Shown: positions 19,597-30,280 of the stretch, piece after piece
Layout of the letters: the number at the start of each line of letters is the position of its first letter
Numbering within the stretch: position 1 is the first letter of the stretch
Assembly: GCA_009692515.1 (NCBI GenBank)
Contig: SHZA01000001.1
Span: 9,824 to 73,823 of the forward strand
DNA length: 64,000 bases
From: Bdellovibrionales bacterium
GTDB lineage: Bacteria > Bdellovibrionota > FAC87 > UBA2466
Direction of reading: 5' to 3'
Program-made: the position numbers and the translations under genes
Notes under the pieces: generated by a model
What the model was told of the DNA's origin: nothing
The model's database searches: none
The model's input: only the letters and a program-made list of their open reading frames with translations

Positions 19597-21018
19597 ATGA
19601 AAAATGAACAGGACCAGCTCAAAAGAGATGCAGAGGAATTAGCAAAATTGGGTTATTCTCAAGAGCTGCTCAGAGGCTTGGGTGGATTTTCCAATTTCGC
19701 TGTCGCATTCTCTGTCATCTCTATTTTAACCGGCATTAGTCAACTCTACGGCTATGGGCTACAGCACGGGGGCCCAAGCCAAATGTTTTGGGGATGGCTA
19801 ATCGTAGGTTTCTTTACTCTTCTGGTCTCTTTATCGATGGCAGAACTTGCAAGTGCTTACCCGACTGCCGGAGCTCTTTATCATTGGAGTAGTTTTTTGG
19901 GAGGAAAAACCATAGGTTGGTTTACGGCATGCTTTAATGCCATTGGAATGTTTGCTATTTTGGCGGGTATCGATTTTGGGTTAGCCAAGTTTCTTATTCC
20001 ATTATTACATCTTCCAGATACCGCTCTTGTCGTTAATTGTCTTTATGCTCTTTTACTTTTTTCACATGCCTTCTTAAATTACCGCGGAATAAAAATAGTA
20101 GGTTGGCTCAATGATTTTTCCGCCATTTATCATGTAGCGGTCATCTTTTTATTAATTACGGCGCTTGCGATAAAGGGATTTCATCAGCCGTTAAGTTTTC
20201 TTACTAAGTTTAATGCTACAGATGGATTTTCTATGCCCTATAGTTTTATGGTCGGGCTTTTACTCGCGCAATGGACAATGACGGGATACGATGCCTCTGC
20301 TCATGTCACAGAGGAAACCATCGATCCTGGTCGTCGAGCTCCTTGGGGAATATTTTTTGCCGTAGTACTTTCTCTTTTTAGTGGCCTGTTCATGTTGATG
20401 GCAGTCACCCTTTCTATTCCTGATCTAGCCGAATTCACAGCAAAAGGGGATTCTGCTTTCTTAGATATTTTTCGCTATAACTTAGGAAATGAATTTGGGT
20501 CTATCGTCGTCGGACTTGTAGCGGGGGCCATGTGGCTTTGTGGCTTAGCGGGAATGACATCAGCCTCTCGAATGGTTTATGCTTTTGCTAGGGACAACGG
20601 ACTTCCAATGTCACGGATGCTTTCTAAAGTACATTTTAAATATAAAACTCCATCTGGAGCTATTTGGAGTTTATCTTTTCTTGCTTTAGTCTTAGCATTT
20701 TCAATTAAAATGTATAGTGCGGTAGTCTCCATTGCGACGGTGGCACTCTATATTTCCTATGGACTACCCATCGCCACTCGAATCTGGGCCAGATACCATG
20801 GAAAGCATGAAAAAATTGGCCCTTGGAATCTAGGGAAATGGAGTAACTTCGTCTCTATCTTAGCGATTATTTGGGTCTTGGTGGTCACCGTTGTTTTCAT
20901 GCTTCCGCCCAATGAACAAGCGGCAAGTGTCATGGGAATCTTCTTTATCACTTTAGTTTTATTATGGTTCTTTTATGTAAAAAATAAATATGCAGGACCC
21001 CAATATATTGAGCGTTAA
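19597..21018 (+). CDS. APC-family amino acid/polyamine permease
   Basis: FSNFAVAFSVISI, AELASAYPTAGALY, GYDASAHVTEET, SRMVYAFARD; multiple TMs. Confidence 0.92.
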   Translation: MKNEQDQLKRDAEELAKLGYSQELLRGLGGFSNFAVAFSVISILTGISQLYGYGLQHGGPSQMFWGWLIVGFFTLLVSLSMAELASAYPTAGALYHWSSFLGGKTIGWFTACFNAIGMFAILAGIDFGLAKFLIPLLHLPDTALVVNCLYALLLFSHAFLNYRGIKIVGWLNDFSAIYHVAVIFLLITALAIKGFHQPLSFLTKFNATDGFSMPYSFMVGLLLAQWTMTGYDASAHVTEETIDPGRRAPWGIFFAVVLSLFSGLFMLMAVTLSIPDLAEFTAKGDSAFLDIFRYNLGNEFGSIVVGLVAGAMWLCGLAGMTSASRMVYAFARDNGLPMSRMLSKVHFKYKTPSGAIWSLSFLALVLAFSIKMYSAVVSIATVALYISYGLPIATRIWARYHGKHEKIGPWNLGKWSNFVSILAIIWVLVVTVVFMLPPNEQAASVMGIFFITLVLLWFFYVKNKYAGPQYIER

Positions 21019-21020
21019 GC

Positions 21021-22511
21021 TTGCTTTTAAAAAAGGAGACACCCTTGAAACAATATCGAATGTATGTCGGTGGAGAATGGGTAGAGGCTAAATCAAAGGC
21101 ACTAAGACAAATTATAGATCCTGGAAATGGTGAACTTTTAGGAACGGTTCCAGAATCGAATCGCGAAGATGTAATTCTAGCCATCGAAGCTGCAAGAGAG
21201 GCTTTTGATAAAGGCCCATGGAAAACAACTACCGCTTTAGATCGCGGAAAATTTTTGTTTAAAATTTCAGATCTTATTCGCCGAGAGGCTAAGCGCTTGG
21301 CCGAACTTGAGGTAAAAAATTGCGGAAAGCCTCTTGCTGAAGCTGAGTTTGACGTTAATGATGCGGCTAATTGTTTCGAATTTTATGGAGGTCTTGCGAC
21401 CAAAATACATGGAGAAACGATGTCGGTCCCTGCTAATTCCATGAGCTTTGTAGTTCGAGAACCCTTAGGAGTGTGCGGGCAGATCATCCCTTGGAACTTT
21501 CCCTTATTAATGTCGGCGTGGAAATTAGCGCCAGCACTTGCTGCTGGGTGTACCGTTATTTTAAAACCCTCAGAGCTCACGCCTCTTACCGCATTGGAAC
21601 TTGCCGGGCTTATTCATGAAGCGGGATTACCTCGAGGGGTCGTTAATATCGTTACCGGTCCCGGAGTCGGAGCGGGTGAAGAACTTGCACAAAATAAACT
21701 CTGCGATAAGGTGGCCTTCACAGGCGGCACCCTTACCGGAAGGAAAATTTTAGAAGGTGCCTCTTCAAACTTAAAAAAAGTCACTCTAGAGCTAGGGGGT
21801 AAAAACCCCAATATTGTTTTTGCAGATTGTGATCTAGAGGCTGCTATAGATGGTGCGCTTTTTGGTGCCTTTGCAAATCAAGGAGAGGTGTGCTCTGCAG
21901 GTTCCAGACTTCTCGTCGACAAATCTATTCATAAATCGATGGTAGCGGGCATGCTCGCTAAAATCGATCGTATTAAATTGGGCCACGGACTGACTCCCGG
22001 AGTTAAAATGGGGCCACTGATCTCTAAAGCACAATTAGAAAAAGTACAAAACTATATCCAAATTGGCATAGAAGAGGGTGCGACACCTCTTTGTGGCGGT
22101 AAGCGCCCTGAAGGTTCTATCTTTAATAAAGGCAACTTTTTGCTCCCAACTATTTTTGATAATGTAACTCCAAAAATGAGAATCGCTAGAGAAGAAATAT
22201 TTGGCCCTGTTCTTTCGATAATTACCTTTGAAACAGAAGAGGAGGCTATTCACATTGCTAATGACACCGACTACGGTCTTGCCGCGGGTGTTTGGAGTAA
22301 AAATATTTTTCGAGCCATGAGGGTAGTCCGCTCCCTTCGAGCGGGAATCACATGGATTAATACGTACCATCCCACTTTTAATGAATTACCATGGGGCGGT
22401 TACAAGCAAAGTGGATGGGGAAGAGAATTAGGAATTCACGGCATTGATGCCTATTTAGAAACTAAACAGATTAATATTAATCTGGATGAGGCGCCCATCG
22501 GCTGGTATTAA
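21021..22511 (+). CDS. NAD-dependent aldehyde dehydrogenase (betaine/aminoaldehyde type)
   Basis: PWNFP, LELGGKNP, catalytic C in QGEVCSAG, EEIFGPV. Confidence 0.93.
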   Translation: MLLKKETPLKQYRMYVGGEWVEAKSKALRQIIDPGNGELLGTVPESNREDVILAIEAAREAFDKGPWKTTTALDRGKFLFKISDLIRREAKRLAELEVKNCGKPLAEAEFDVNDAANCFEFYGGLATKIHGETMSVPANSMSFVVREPLGVCGQIIPWNFPLLMSAWKLAPALAAGCTVILKPSELTPLTALELAGLIHEAGLPRGVVNIVTGPGVGAGEELAQNKLCDKVAFTGGTLTGRKILEGASSNLKKVTLELGGKNPNIVFADCDLEAAIDGALFGAFANQGEVCSAGSRLLVDKSIHKSMVAGMLAKIDRIKLGHGLTPGVKMGPLISKAQLEKVQNYIQIGIEEGATPLCGGKRPEGSIFNKGNFLLPTIFDNVTPKMRIAREEIFGPVLSIITFETEEEAIHIANDTDYGLAAGVWSKNIFRAMRVVRSLRAGITWINTYHPTFNELPWGGYKQSGWGRELGIHGIDAYLETKQININLDEAPIGWY

Positions 22512-22513
22512 CT

Positions 22514-23836
22514 ATGATCAACTTAAAAACTTCTATTCCGGGACCTAAGAGTTTGGCTCTCATGGAACGACGTAAAAAGGCTGTTGCTCGCGGGCCCTTC
22601 CACACGACTCCTGTTTTTGTAGACACAGCACAGGGAGTTTGGATCACCGATGTCGACGGTAATAAACTTCTCGATTTTTCCTCAGGGATTGGAGTTGTTA
22701 ATGTAGGACACAGTCCGCAGGAGGTCGTCAATGCCGCAAAAAATCAGTTAACTAGGTTTATTCACACCAGCTTTAATGTGGTGGCCTATGAAAATTATAT
22801 TGCGGTATGCGAACAACTAAACCAATCGATGCCTGGAGCTTTTGAGAAAAAAAGTTTTCTCGCAAATAGCGGCGCCGAGGCCGTAGAAAATGCGATTAAA
22901 ATTGCAAGAAGTGCCACAGATCGACAAGCGATCGTTTGTTTTCAGCACGCTTATCATGGCCGAACTTACATGGCGATGTCGCTCACAGCGAAAGCAAAGC
23001 CTTATAAGTATGGTTTTGCCCCCTTCAATTCTGAAGTTTATCGAGCGCCATTCCCCTATGCCTATCGTTGGCCCACCACTAGTCAGCCTGAAAAGGTAGC
23101 CGAAGAATGTTTTGAGGAGTTTAAAAATTTGGTCCATTCTGAAATCGGGGTTTCTAAATTGGCCGCAGTTATTATTGAACCCGTACTAGGTGAAGGGGGA
23201 TTCATCCCTGCTCCGGCGTCATTTCTTTCTCTTTTGAGAAACTTTTGCAGTGAAAACAGGATCATTCTAATTTTTGATGAAATACAATGTGGGTTTGGCA
23301 GAACTGGAACTCTTTTCGCTTCAGAGAAACTTGGAGTAACTCCCGATCTTTTAGTTTCTGCCAAGGGGATTGCTGCAGGACTCCCTCTTTCTGCAGTGAC
23401 TGGAAAAGCAGAGATTATGGATGCTCCAGCCGAAGGCGGTATCGGAGGCACTTTTGGTGGTAATCCCGTCGCCTGTGCGGCCGCTTTAGCAGTATTTGAA
23501 GAATGGCATAAAGGGGAGCTTCAGCAGAATGCTAAAAAAATAGAAAAAATTCTCACTGAAAAAACTGAAGGCTGGTTAAAAGATTTTGCGATAGTAGGAG
23601 ATGCGAGAGGCCTCGGCCCTATGCGAGCTATTGAGCTCGTTAAGGATCGGCAAACCAAAGAACCCAATCCAGAGGCGGTAAAAAAAATATTAAAATTCTC
23701 CTGTGAGAAGGGGCTTATTCTCATGAATGCTGGCACCTTTGGAAATGTAATTAGGTTTTTGCCGCCGCTGGGAATAAAAGAATCGGAACTTATTCTAGGA
23801 TTGAAAATTGTAGAAGAGGCACTTAAGAGTGTATGA
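22514..23836 (+). CDS. gabT: 4-aminobutyrate aminotransferase (class III PLP)
   Basis: NSGAEAVENAIK, YHGRT, EPVLGEGG, DEIQCGFGRTG, SAKGIAAG, GGTFGGNP. Confidence 0.92.
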   Translation: MINLKTSIPGPKSLALMERRKKAVARGPFHTTPVFVDTAQGVWITDVDGNKLLDFSSGIGVVNVGHSPQEVVNAAKNQLTRFIHTSFNVVAYENYIAVCEQLNQSMPGAFEKKSFLANSGAEAVENAIKIARSATDRQAIVCFQHAYHGRTYMAMSLTAKAKPYKYGFAPFNSEVYRAPFPYAYRWPTTSQPEKVAEECFEEFKNLVHSEIGVSKLAAVIIEPVLGEGGFIPAPASFLSLLRNFCSENRIILIFDEIQCGFGRTGTLFASEKLGVTPDLLVSAKGIAAGLPLSAVTGKAEIMDAPAEGGIGGTFGGNPVACAAALAVFEEWHKGELQQNAKKIEKILTEKTEGWLKDFAIVGDARGLGPMRAIELVKDRQTKEPNPEAVKKILKFSCEKGLILMNAGTFGNVIRFLPPLGIKESELILGLKIVEEALKSV

Positions 23837-23838
23837 TT

Positions 23839-24669
23839 TTAGCAAAAATTTCCCACAAAAATAATAATAAATCCCAAGCAAGAGACTAACCAGAAGAAAT
23901 TTATTTTTTCCATAGTTCGTTCAAAATAAATAAGGCTAGGATTTCTTTGAATCTCTCTGGTAGCCATCCAGACAAACCCTAGAGCAATTCCAATAATTAA
24001 GTAAGCGCCCCCTGAAATAGCCACTCCTATATTATCTAGAGAGGTATTAATCAAGGCATCACTGAAATAGGAGCCTATCCACAACAATCCAATTCCCACA
24101 GAAAAAAGGGTTAACACCTTGATCTTCACTAAATTTCTATTCGCAAAAATCTCGACACTTTGAGTGAATGTTTTTTTATGGGTTGACGCTTTACTTTCTC
24201 TAATCAAATACAAAATAATTCCCAGCGCGATTAATGCCGCAGAAACTGAAAACACATTCTTTAACTCAATTTGTTGGTAATCAAGCCCAGAAAAATCTCT
24301 AACTAAAAAAGCGAATAAAGGAGCCACTGAAAAAATGAGAACCAAACGATAACAACTCCAAAAAACTCCCAGAAATCGTAAAGCCAAAGTCAATCGGCCC
24401 TGATCCTCTGAGATCATATATGTTTTGGCTAATTTAGAAAATTGCAAAACGGGAAGTGAAAGGAAAAGGAAGGCTAAGGCTAGCGTTAATTGCCAAGTTG
24501 CCATTAAAATATTTTCATGGCGAATTAAAGAATTCAAACCAAGAGCAGTCTGCTGTAAAAAGATTAAGATACTTAAATAAAATAAAATTTGTGTAGGCAA
24601 TACACTCCAGGCGATAAGTCCTTGAACCTCATTTTCATGGGCTATTAATGGAGAAATGTTTTTTGCCAT
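23839..24669 (-). CDS. Multi-pass membrane protein of unknown function
   Basis: 276-aa ORF with about 7 hydrophobic segments. Confidence 0.7.
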   Translation of the reverse strand: MAKNISPLIAHENEVQGLIAWSVLPTQILFYLSILIFLQQTALGLNSLIRHENILMATWQLTLALAFLFLSLPVLQFSKLAKTYMISEDQGRLTLALRFLGVFWSCYRLVLIFSVAPLFAFLVRDFSGLDYQQIELKNVFSVSAALIALGIILYLIRESKASTHKKTFTQSVEIFANRNLVKIKVLTLFSVGIGLLWIGSYFSDALINTSLDNIGVAISGGAYLIIGIALGFVWMATREIQRNPSLIYFERTMEKINFFWLVSCLGFIIIFVGNFC

Positions 24670-24767
24670 AGATCTAGTTTACTATGATTTGGAACTATTT
24701 TCTTCAAAAGTATGAAAGACAGGAGCCGAATAACGCGCTACGCCGCACACAGACCCTTTTTCGGTCC

Positions 24768-25583
24768 TTATTGGTTTAAAAATTCAATGAGCCCTTTAGG
24801 GTTATCTGTGGTCAGCCCGGAAACTCCAGCAGAGATCATTCTTTCAAATTCCTGAACCGTATTTACAGTATAGGGCCAGACCTCAACTCCCAAAGCACGT
24901 ACCGCTGAAATTTCGTTCGCGGAAATCGATTTAAAAAAAGGCGCTAGTATTTTGGGGTGAAATTTTTGACAGATTTCTAGATACGGTATTTCAGTTTGAT
25001 AGGTTAAAACAGCAATAGGAATTTGTGGAGCTTGTCGTTTCATTTCTTCTAATACCGAAAAATCAAATGATCTGACCACTGCATTACCAACATCCCAATA
25101 TTGATTAATTTCAGCTATGACCTTCTGAACTATGATTTCAACACTTGGCGCTTCAGTGTCATTAAATTCCTTGCGCTTTATTTCGATGTCTAATCCGATA
25201 GGATGGAGCGAATTTTGATTCCATTGTTTCATCTTTAAAAAAACTTCTCTTAAAGTCGGAATTTTTTTTTCTAAATCTAAAAGTTCTCGTTTGTGGGTCA
25301 ACCTGCGGTCAATTCTAATTTCTAGTTGCTGAATTTGAGCAAGATTCATTTTCCAAATTGGCATTGAGGAGACCAAAGGATTTCCCAAATTATCTCGACA
25401 CCACTCGGGTGTGATATCAAAATCGTGGAAAACAATGACCTCTTCATCTTTAGTTAATTGGACATCTAATTCAATACTATCCACCTTTAACTCTACCGCT
25501 CTTTCAAATGAAGGCAGCGTATTTTCTACAAACTCGGAGCACGCGCCGCGATGAGCTTGTACATGAATCTTTTTCTCTCCCAT
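24768..25583 (-). CDS. Glycerophosphodiester phosphodiesterase
   Basis: AHRG..ENT, IELDV, HD, IEIK, YTVN, TDNP. Confidence 0.92.
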   Translation of the reverse strand: MGEKKIHVQAHRGACSEFVENTLPSFERAVELKVDSIELDVQLTKDEEVIVFHDFDITPEWCRDNLGNPLVSSMPIWKMNLAQIQQLEIRIDRRLTHKRELLDLEKKIPTLREVFLKMKQWNQNSLHPIGLDIEIKRKEFNDTEAPSVEIIVQKVIAEINQYWDVGNAVVRSFDFSVLEEMKRQAPQIPIAVLTYQTEIPYLEICQKFHPKILAPFFKSISANEISAVRALGVEVWPYTVNTVQEFERMISAGVSGLTTDNPKGLIEFLNQ

Positions 25584-25621
25584 TGGCGGCTCCTCAAAAA
25601 AGGGGTATAGGTCTAATTACT

Positions 25622-25930
25622 ATGAAAGACATTAAATCAGAAGTCGAAAAATGCAAAGTCCAAGTGTTAGTTTGTACCAATGAGCGTCCTCCAGGAAAAA
25701 CCTGCTGTTTTAAATACGGTGGGCAAGATTTCTATCTCGCGTTAAAAACGAGATTGAAGCAGGAAGGTCTCCATAATACTCATTGGGCCACTCGTACAGG
25801 ATGCTTAGGGTTTTGCAACGATGTGGGAACCACGGTAGCCATTCACCGCAAAGGTGAGTCTTCACAATGGTTTAACGAAGTCACAGCTACCGACATGGAT
25901 TCCATCTGGAAGGAGATTGTGAGAGAATAA
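25622..25930 (+). CDS. Thioredoxin-like [2Fe-2S] ferredoxin
   Basis: VLVCTNER..CC...TGCLGFC; ATG at 25622. Confidence 0.85.
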   Translation: MKDIKSEVEKCKVQVLVCTNERPPGKTCCFKYGGQDFYLALKTRLKQEGLHNTHWATRTGCLGFCNDVGTTVAIHRKGESSQWFNEVTATDMDSIWKEIVRE

Positions 25931-25934
25931 AAAA

Positions 25935-26738
25935 ATGAAATTAATTCTCTTAGTGTCCTGCCTTCTTTTTTCAATCTTTTCAGCCCCCTCTTTTTCTATC
26001 GATAATCCTCCCACAGAAAAAACTCAGCTTACCGAACTTTTTTCCAGTCAAGAATCACCGGGAGAGGGAACCTTGGTCTACTCGGGAGAAAATGAAAAAG
26101 ACACTATCACTCTAGGAGTTGACTCAGGTATTTATGCCTTAGCACTCGCTTTTAAAGGTGAGTTACTCCCTATCAGCTATCGAAAAGATTTTGCAAAAAA
26201 AATTATTATTCAGGTGGCATTGGGAAATCTGAAATCGAAATTGGGGGATAAAATTCCTCAATTTGGAGTGGCCTCTTTTATCACTTCAGAGATTCCGAAG
26301 GAGGCTACCGCTTTTACTTTTATGGATCTTAAAAAGAAGAATATTCAACCTCAGGCTGTAACGATTCTTCAATTTATTTCGCCTAAAACTACTTTGGCAC
26401 AATCGGATCAAGAAAAACTTCAAAATACATTTTATGGAAAATCGGGAGGCATCACCATGACTCCAGTAGGAGAGATTGAGCAGGTCACAGTTCGTACGAC
26501 GGACGGTAAGGTTACCTTCAAAAAACAGAAAATGAAATTTGATTTTCAAACCACAATGATGACCCCTTTTAGTGGCTTAGAAAAAAAGCTAGTGGGATCG
26601 ATTATTTTTCCAGTTTATGTCCCCTTTGGAAAGAGGGCAGAGGCTTTAGCTGTCAAATTAGGCAGTGGGGTTGATGGAGCCGATTCCGGTCCGCCTAAAA
26701 GACTGAACCCCAATCGAAAAATCACAGGAACTAAATAG
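25935..26738 (+). CDS. Exported hypothetical protein
   Basis: Signal peptide; 267-aa ORF. Confidence 0.7.
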   Translation: MKLILLVSCLLFSIFSAPSFSIDNPPTEKTQLTELFSSQESPGEGTLVYSGENEKDTITLGVDSGIYALALAFKGELLPISYRKDFAKKIIIQVALGNLKSKLGDKIPQFGVASFITSEIPKEATAFTFMDLKKKNIQPQAVTILQFISPKTTLAQSDQEKLQNTFYGKSGGITMTPVGEIEQVTVRTTDGKVTFKKQKMKFDFQTTMMTPFSGLEKKLVGSIIFPVYVPFGKRAEALAVKLGSGVDGADSGPPKRLNPNRKITGTK

Positions 26739-26915
26739 AATGGGACTTAAGAAACTTACTCCAAACCCACCGAGATAACGCACAGCTTTGAGCTTTAGGC
26801 TCAAATTCATCTTAAAGCATTGTTATTACTATACTTTTTTTACCGAACTCTTTAGGGGCATATTCCCGCATTTCTGATTGTAATTCTCTAAGGAATTACA
26901 TAGGATGCGGGACTT

Positions 26916-27878
26916 ATGACCGTGCCTATTTCTCATGAAGAAAACTTTAAGCTGCTTTCGGGAACCGCCAATGTTGCGCTTTCTAAGGCCATAGCTGATC
27001 ATCTTGGAATGGCTTTGTGCAAAGCTGAGATGCGTCGTTTTTCAGATGGGGAAATTTTTGTTGAGATCCAGGAAAGTGTCCGCGGCGCCGATACTTTTAT
27101 TATTCAATCTACCTGTCATCCTGTGAACGATTCCTTGATGGAATTGCTAATCATGACCGATGCGCTAAGACGTTCTTCCGCAGCTTCAATTACCGCAGTC
27201 ATTCCTTATTATGGTTACGCAAGACAGGACAGAAAAGTTCAGCCCCGAGTGCCTATTACGGCCAAGCTCGTAGCCGATCTTTTAGTCGCCTCTGGAGTCA
27301 CTCGAGTGATTTCAATGGATCTCCACGCAAGTCAAATTCAAGGTTTTTTTAATATTCCTTTTGACCATCTTTTCGCCAAACCCGTTTTATTAAATTATGT
27401 TCGACAGCACTATGATCTCAATAAACTTATCGTGGTAAGTCCCGATGCCGGCGGAGTCGAAAGAGCTAGAGCTTATGCAAAACGTTTAGATGTCCCCCTT
27501 GCCATTATCGACAAACGTCGATTAAAAGCTAATGAGGTCGGTGGCATGAGTCTTATTGGAGATGTTCGAGGTCGACACGCTTTAATTGTCGACGATATGA
27601 TCGACACCGCAGGCACCTTGGTTCAAGCGACTCAAGTTTTATTAGACAGTGGAGCAGAGCAGGTCAGTGCCGCCTGCTCTCATGGAGTTTTTTCTGGTAC
27701 GGCGTATGAGCGGATTCGAGACAGCCAATTAAAGGAAGTCATTTGTACCGACACGATTCCGCTATCGCCAGCATTAGCCACAGTTGCTAAAATAAAGTGC
27801 CTTTCAGTGGTGCCTATTTTGGCAGAGGCAATGCGGAGAGTACAAACAAGGCAGTCGGTGAGTAGTCTTTTTGATTAA
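26916..27878 (+). CDS. prs: Ribose-phosphate pyrophosphokinase
   Basis: FSDGE, YARQDRK, DLHA, VSPDAGG, VDDMIDTAGT. Confidence 0.97.
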   Translation: MTVPISHEENFKLLSGTANVALSKAIADHLGMALCKAEMRRFSDGEIFVEIQESVRGADTFIIQSTCHPVNDSLMELLIMTDALRRSSAASITAVIPYYGYARQDRKVQPRVPITAKLVADLLVASGVTRVISMDLHASQIQGFFNIPFDHLFAKPVLLNYVRQHYDLNKLIVVSPDAGGVERARAYAKRLDVPLAIIDKRRLKANEVGGMSLIGDVRGRHALIVDDMIDTAGTLVQATQVLLDSGAEQVSAACSHGVFSGTAYERIRDSQLKEVICTDTIPLSPALATVAKIKCLSVVPILAEAMRRVQTRQSVSSLFD

Positions 27879-27900
27879 CGAAAGAAGTAGGTAGAAAAAA

Positions 27901-28581
27901 ATGGAACAGCAATCTCTCTCAGTAGAAAGCAGAACAGGCACAGGAAAAAGTGTCACTCGTAAACTCAGGGCTGTAGGAAAAATTCCCGCAGTTGTGTATG
28001 GCTTAGGAAATAGTAAAGCCATCACACTTCAACCTGAGATACTCAAAAGTATTTTGTTATCCGAAGGGGGTCGTAACAAAATCTTGGCACTTAAAGGTGC
28101 AGGGCTAGACGGTAAGCACGTTTTAGTAAAAGACTATCAAGTCGATCCTGTTTCAAGAGCGCTACTCCATGCAGATCTTCTTGAAATCGACGTGACCAAG
28201 AAAATTGAAGTCACCGTTAAATTAAATTTCTTAGGCAAACCTATCGGTGTCGCCGACGGCGGGGTGTTAAATATGATTGAACGTTCCATTCAAATCAAAT
28301 GTTTACCCAATGCAATACCTCACCATATTGATATTGACGTGAGTGCATTAGCCATCGGGGATTCTATTCATTTAGATGAATTAAAATTACCTGAAAATGT
28401 TGAAAAATCTAGTCAAGCTAATCCGACTCTTGTCACTGTAGTTCCTCCGGCTAAAGAAGAGGCCGCAGTAGCTTCATTAACACCTTCGGCAGAGCCTGAG
28501 GTCATTACAGCTAAAAAACCTGCAGCAGGTGAAGCTGCAGCAGCTGCTGGTGATGCCAAGAAAGATGAAAAGAAGAAGTAA
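27901..28581 (+). CDS. rplY: 50S ribosomal protein bL25/Ctc
   Basis: GK..RKLR..GKIPAVVYG, HADL, IDVSALAIGDSIH; prs-rplY-pth synteny. Confidence 0.95.
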   Translation: MEQQSLSVESRTGTGKSVTRKLRAVGKIPAVVYGLGNSKAITLQPEILKSILLSEGGRNKILALKGAGLDGKHVLVKDYQVDPVSRALLHADLLEIDVTKKIEVTVKLNFLGKPIGVADGGVLNMIERSIQIKCLPNAIPHHIDIDVSALAIGDSIHLDELKLPENVEKSSQANPTLVTVVPPAKEEAAVASLTPSAEPEVITAKKPAAGEAAAAAGDAKKDEKKK

Positions 28582-28602
28582 TTTCTTCTTTGAATTTATT
28601 CT

Positions 28603-29202
28603 GTGGCTAATCCAACTGAGACGTTTCTTATTGTCGGCCTGGGGAATCCCGGGCCGAAATACGAAAAAACTAGACATAATATTGGATTTCAAGTTCTGGA
28701 CAATCTGGTTGAGAAATGGAAAGCCCCCTCTTTCGCTCCTAAGTTTCAAGGGTATTTTACCGAGCTCTCAAAAAGCGGTTTAAAAATTCTAATGCTAAAA
28801 CCTCAAACCTTTATGAATTTATCAGGACGAAGTGTTCAAGAGGTTATTCACTTTTATAAATTGGATCTATCCTCTCAACTTTTAGTGATTAATGACGATC
28901 TCGATCTTCCCGTAGGCCAACTTAGATTACGACTTGCTGGAGGGCCTGGGGGACATAACGGATTAAAATCGATTATTGAATGTTTAGGAAGTGAAGCTTT
29001 TGCCAGACTGCGTGTGGGCATTGGTAGATCAGAAATGGTCCCTTCGGAAAAATACGTTTTAGGAAAAATACCTAAAGCCGAACACAAAATTTTTAGTGAA
29101 GCGATTCAGTTTGCCCAAGAGGGTATCGAAGCCATCTTAAAAGATGGACTCACTAAAGCGATGAATGTTATCAACATAAAAAGAGGTTCTAATGAGTCTT
29201 AA
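28603..29202 (+). CDS. pth: Peptidyl-tRNA hydrolase
   Basis: GLGNPG..Y..TRHNIGF, KPQTFMNLSG, GGHNGL. Confidence 0.97.
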   Translation: MANPTETFLIVGLGNPGPKYEKTRHNIGFQVLDNLVEKWKAPSFAPKFQGYFTELSKSGLKILMLKPQTFMNLSGRSVQEVIHFYKLDLSSQLLVINDDLDLPVGQLRLRLAGGPGGHNGLKSIIECLGSEAFARLRVGIGRSEMVPSEKYVLGKIPKAEHKIFSEAIQFAQEGIEAILKDGLTKAMNVINIKRGSNES

Positions 29203-30280
29203 ATGTGGAATCGTTGGGCTACCCAACGTAGGAAAATCAACTTTATTTAATGCACTGGGTTCAGCAAAGGCTGAAGCTGCCAACTATCCCTTTTGTACCA
29301 TCGAACCCAATATGGGAGTTGTTGAGGTGCCCGACTCTAGGCTTCATGCGCTGGCTAAGATTATGAGTTCCCAAAAAACAATTCCGGCTACGACTGAAAT
29401 TGTCGATATCGCGGGAATTGTAAAGGGCGCTAGCAAAGGAGAGGGATTAGGAAATCAGTTTCTTGCCCACATTAGACAGGTAGATGCCATTGTTCACCTG
29501 GTTCGTTGCTTTAACAACGATGATATTATTCACGTGGATGGTAATGTGGATCCCGCAAGAGACATTGAAGTTATTAACACCGAGCTTCTCTTAGCCGATC
29601 TTCAAACCTTAGAAAAAAGAATTGATAAAGATAGAAGGCTTGCAAAATCTGGCGATAAAGAGGCTAGAAAAAACGCTGAAATTTTTGAGGGACTATTGGT
29701 CCACATGAATGCAGGAAAACCTGCTCGTTCCTTTCCTTTAGAGCCGAATGATCTTGCCCGGATTGCTCCTCTCTTCTTTTTAACAGCGAAACCTGTGATC
29801 TATGTAGCAAACTCTAGTGCGACCCCTCAAGAGCAAACCTACATTCAAACGGTGGCAGACATCGCAAAAAAAGAAAACGCCAAACACATCACCATCGACT
29901 GTAGTTTAGAAAGTGAAATCGCGACTCTGGCTCCCGAAGAAAAAGAGGAGATGCTTTTAGGAATGGGACTCGAAGAGCCAGGACTCAATCGCTTTATCCG
30001 TGCGACCTTCGATCTTTTAGGTCTTGCCACCTATTACACTTTAGGACCCAAAGAGGCCAGATCTTGGACGATTAATAAGGGACTCAAAGCCCCTCAAGCT
30101 GCCGGTGTGATTCATACCGACTTTGAACGTGGTTTTATTTGTGCCGAGTGTTACGCCAGCGATGATTTAGTAAAGCTGGGAAGTGAACAAAAAATTAAAG
30201 AGGCGGGCCTCTATCGACAAGAGGGTAAAGAATACATTGTACAAACAGGAGATGTGATTCTCTTTAGATTTAATGTGTAA
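29192..30280 (+). CDS. ychF: Ribosome-binding ATPase YchF
   Basis: GIVGLPNVGKST, ANYPFCTIEPN, GEGLGNQFL, IHTDFERGFI, FRFNV. Confidence 0.97.
   Translation: MSLKCGIVGLPNVGKSTLFNALGSAKAEAANYPFCTIEPNMGVVEVPDSRLHALAKIMSSQKTIPATTEIVDIAGIVKGASKGEGLGNQFLAHIRQVDAIVHLVRCFNNDDIIHVDGNVDPARDIEVINTELLLADLQTLEKRIDKDRRLAKSGDKEARKNAEIFEGLLVHMNAGKPARSFPLEPNDLARIAPLFFLTAKPVIYVANSSATPQEQTYIQTVADIAKKENAKHITIDCSLESEIATLAPEEKEEMLLGMGLEEPGLNRFIRATFDLLGLATYYTLGPKEARSWTINKGLKAPQAAGVIHTDFERGFICAECYASDDLVKLGSEQKIKEAGLYRQEGKEYIVQTGDVILFRFNV

Noticed and set aside
26739..26915. tRNA-Gln often found upstream of prs
   Set aside because: No cloverleaf or T-loop motif is visible here.
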